DNA of 64,000 nucleotides from Lingula anatina. Its lineage: Eukaryota > Animalia > Brachiopoda. The stretch spans positions 18,542,848 through 18,606,847 of the forward strand of contig CM120643.1 of the NCBI GenBank assembly GCA_051362555.1, in the 5' to 3' direction. This document shows positions 61,501-64,000 of this stretch, in pieces (positions within the stretch are counted from its first letter, which is position 1; every line of letters begins with the position of its first letter). Under the pieces are notes generated by a model. It was not told where the DNA came from, made no database searches, and saw only the letters and a list, made by a program, of their open reading frames with translations. The position numbers and the translations under genes were made by a program.

Positions 61501-63862
61501 ATATGGCCATCCTACAACCACTGTGTTGTGCTTCAGGCCACCCAAACCAGCTGTCTGTATGCTGAATATAACATTGTTTATGTATCATAATTTGATTCAT
61601 TTGTTCTTGAAAAAATACTTATACATTTAAATATCAACATTTCACCAATCATGATTGTTTTTTAAAATAATCTTGAATTAAATAAAAAATTAACCCATTT
61701 CTCCATCCATGGGTGTTTACAATTTTACCTGCTTTTACAATTTTTTCCTCTCCCTTTCCATTTTTTTTTTAATTTATGTTTTTCCAAAACTATTTATTTC
61801 CATAAAGAGTCAATGGAGCTAACAAGAAATCTTCTGTGTGGTCGACTCCAGATTTCAACTTACAGGTGATCCAGGCCTTGGTTCACTTCAGTGGAAACCA
61901 GAACTTCTGAAAATCCTTTCACTTTCTCCTCAGCCATAACACGTTTCAGGATCTATTGCAAAAGGGGCAAGTAACGATAACCATAATTTCTAAAACATGG
62001 AAATTTGTTTGAAAACATAACAACTATAAGCATAGTGTCCATGAAAGCAAACGCTTTCCCTTTACTAGTAATTATTTAATGTTATGAATACACAACTCGG
62101 TGGCAGCATGTGCAGCCAAAATTTTTTTTCTAGACAAAAGCTAAAGAGCAAATTCACTATCACAGTCAGTGTAATATTTTGAAGTATTGCAAGTATTAAT
62201 AAATTTATTGAGAACCAACCTCTTTAGCAGCCTGTGCATCTGCATATCTCTCATGATAATCTCCCTCTAACACAGAGGCAACCAGAGTCAAGCCTTTCCC
62301 TAGTGGAATAGGACACACATTCAAGTGAGAAAAAAATTAAAACACTTCTACCATGTGTAATAAGACACATAATCAAGTGAGAGAAAAATCAAATCACTGC
62401 GAAACCAAGACCTCAAGATCAATAATTTTTTCTTAATAATAATTAAAATAAAAAAAACAATAGGACACAGCAAACACATAATACAACACTTGACTCATTT
62501 CAACATTGCATAGGACCTCAAGTTTTCTGAATAGTGCAATAATCTTTTTAGCAAAATACAGAACTACAAATAGAGGGTACCAACATTTGCTACTACAAAT
62601 GAGAATTGGGTAATTTCTTTTATATTTTATTTTTCTTAATATAATAATTCATGAACATTTTTAATCATTCTAATATTCTAAAATATTCTTGCCATTACTG
62701 ACTGTAATATAGCAAATAAATCAAGCATGGCAGTTGTCACCACAAACATATGTAAACCAGTAAAATGGATGGTAAAAAAAAACATGTACAAGACATGGGG
62801 CCAGCAATCTGGACCATCTGCATGGTACAATTTACCTGCTTTCAGCTGATGGGCAAAATCCAGTGTTCTGGGATATTTAGGTTGCAGGCCAGAGGTGGGT
62901 TTCATGAGGACAAGAAGCTGAGGTCTGAAAACATGGAGAGGTGGAAAGTAATCAGTAATAGATGCACCACAAGTCAGTCTCATTAATTTGATACCCAGGA
63001 GTCCAAAGCAAAGTGGATGTCACACATTTTGTTGATGAGAGGCATATATGACTTATATCAATCATAAGGCAGCTATTGAGAAGAAAAGATCAAAGAATAG
63101 CTGTAAGTGGCAATTATGCATGACATACATGCACAAAATACACCACATCTGAGTCTTTTGTTCTCTACATCCACCATGGTGTAAATGCACTTCATGAATC
63201 ACAGGAGCATTATTCAGCGCTGCACTTTATGCATATAATTATCAGAAAGACAATCTATGCTTTCAGGGCTTAATCATGGACTAAAAAGTACTATGCTTCA
63301 CATACTAGTACCATAAGGAAAGGGAAATAATGTCGCTCACACTAGGTTCATCCTGCTAAATGCATTTTTAGTTAAATATATACACATTCTTCTCCAAATA
63401 ATAAATTGTAAAAATTTTGTAGTAATTCCTTTTCAATATATCTTATATAATATTTTAAACAAAAGTGTTTATTGTAAACTGTAATTGATACCATCATCAA
63501 ACTTCTATTAACCACATCTTTCTTTAAGAAAAAGAATGACAATTAACATTAATGTTAAGAGCAATTATCATAAATTATTTTGAAAAACACTTTATGCTAA
63601 AAAGTTTTTCAAAATCACAACAAAATCACAAAAGACCCTTAAATGGTGCTAACATAAGGAACAAATCATTCGGGTTAAGTCTAAAAACAATGCAAATACA
63701 AGCACAATGATAGTTCCTGTAATCAATGAGGCTCTGTGATATAAGATTTATTGTTACCTCCAGTTCTTGGTATGTGGTGGTCCATCTTCTAGCCTGAGTA
63801 AAGAGTACCTGGCCGCAGACATGGCTAACCCTCGGAAACCATCTCCCCATTCCTTCTCAGCA
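58312..63862 (-). CDS. kcc: K-Cl cotransporter (SLC12A4-7 / kcc type), C-terminal 12 exons; 5' part lies beyond the window
   Basis: Exons 63862-63758, 62924-62836, 62299-62220, 61952-61864, 61561-61455, 61212-61093, 60757-60668, 60268-60177, 59901-59770, 59593-59400, 58889-58756 and 58403-58312. Motifs: [115 protein letters not shown]. Confidence 0.95.
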
Positions 63863-64000
63863 CTGTAAATGTTAAAACATAGTATTTTCACTTAGTTTCC
63901 TTATACATGTCTGTCTAGCTGTCTGCCTGCTAGACTGTCTTCACTCAGTCTTTCTGCACACATGCCTTTACATCTGTCTAACATCTGTGAGTTTACTTAC

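Noticed and set aside
1-64000. Prokaryotic systems (CRISPR, defence operons), tRNA or rRNA genes
   Set aside because: The sequence is spliceosomal-intron-containing animal DNA; no repeat-spacer array or structured RNA gene was seen.

Overview
AT-rich, intron-rich eukaryotic genomic DNA from an invertebrate animal. The repeat types suggest a lophotrochozoan, but that is inference. I reconstructed seven spliced protein-coding genes by hand from GT-AG boundaries and reading phase: MRPS17 (+), an AADAC/NCEH1-type GDSAG esterase (+), MRPL52 (-), a kinase-RHIM-death-domain RIPK1-like gene (+, head-to-head with MRPL52), a secreted Pro-rich/mucin/4xShKT chymotrypsin-fold protease (-), SIRT5 (+) and the 3' half of a K-Cl cotransporter (SLC12A4-7 type, -) with three U12-type introns. 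Mobile DNA consists of two nested Helentron-associated (HINE/DINE-1-like) elements that fill the 8.6-kb last intron of MRPL52 and carry 161-bp and 146-bp satellite arrays, a young but disabled Mag-type Gypsy LTR retrotransposon in the RIPK gene, and several TIR elements/MITEs. The most interesting items are the invertebrate RIPK1-like locus (RHIM, death domain, ISRE-like and tandem kappaB-like sites, clustered uORFs, probable GC-AG intron), the nested HINEs, and the ShKT protease with an atypical activation site. No rRNA, tRNA or CRISPR features were seen. All calls were made by eye; no database searches were run.
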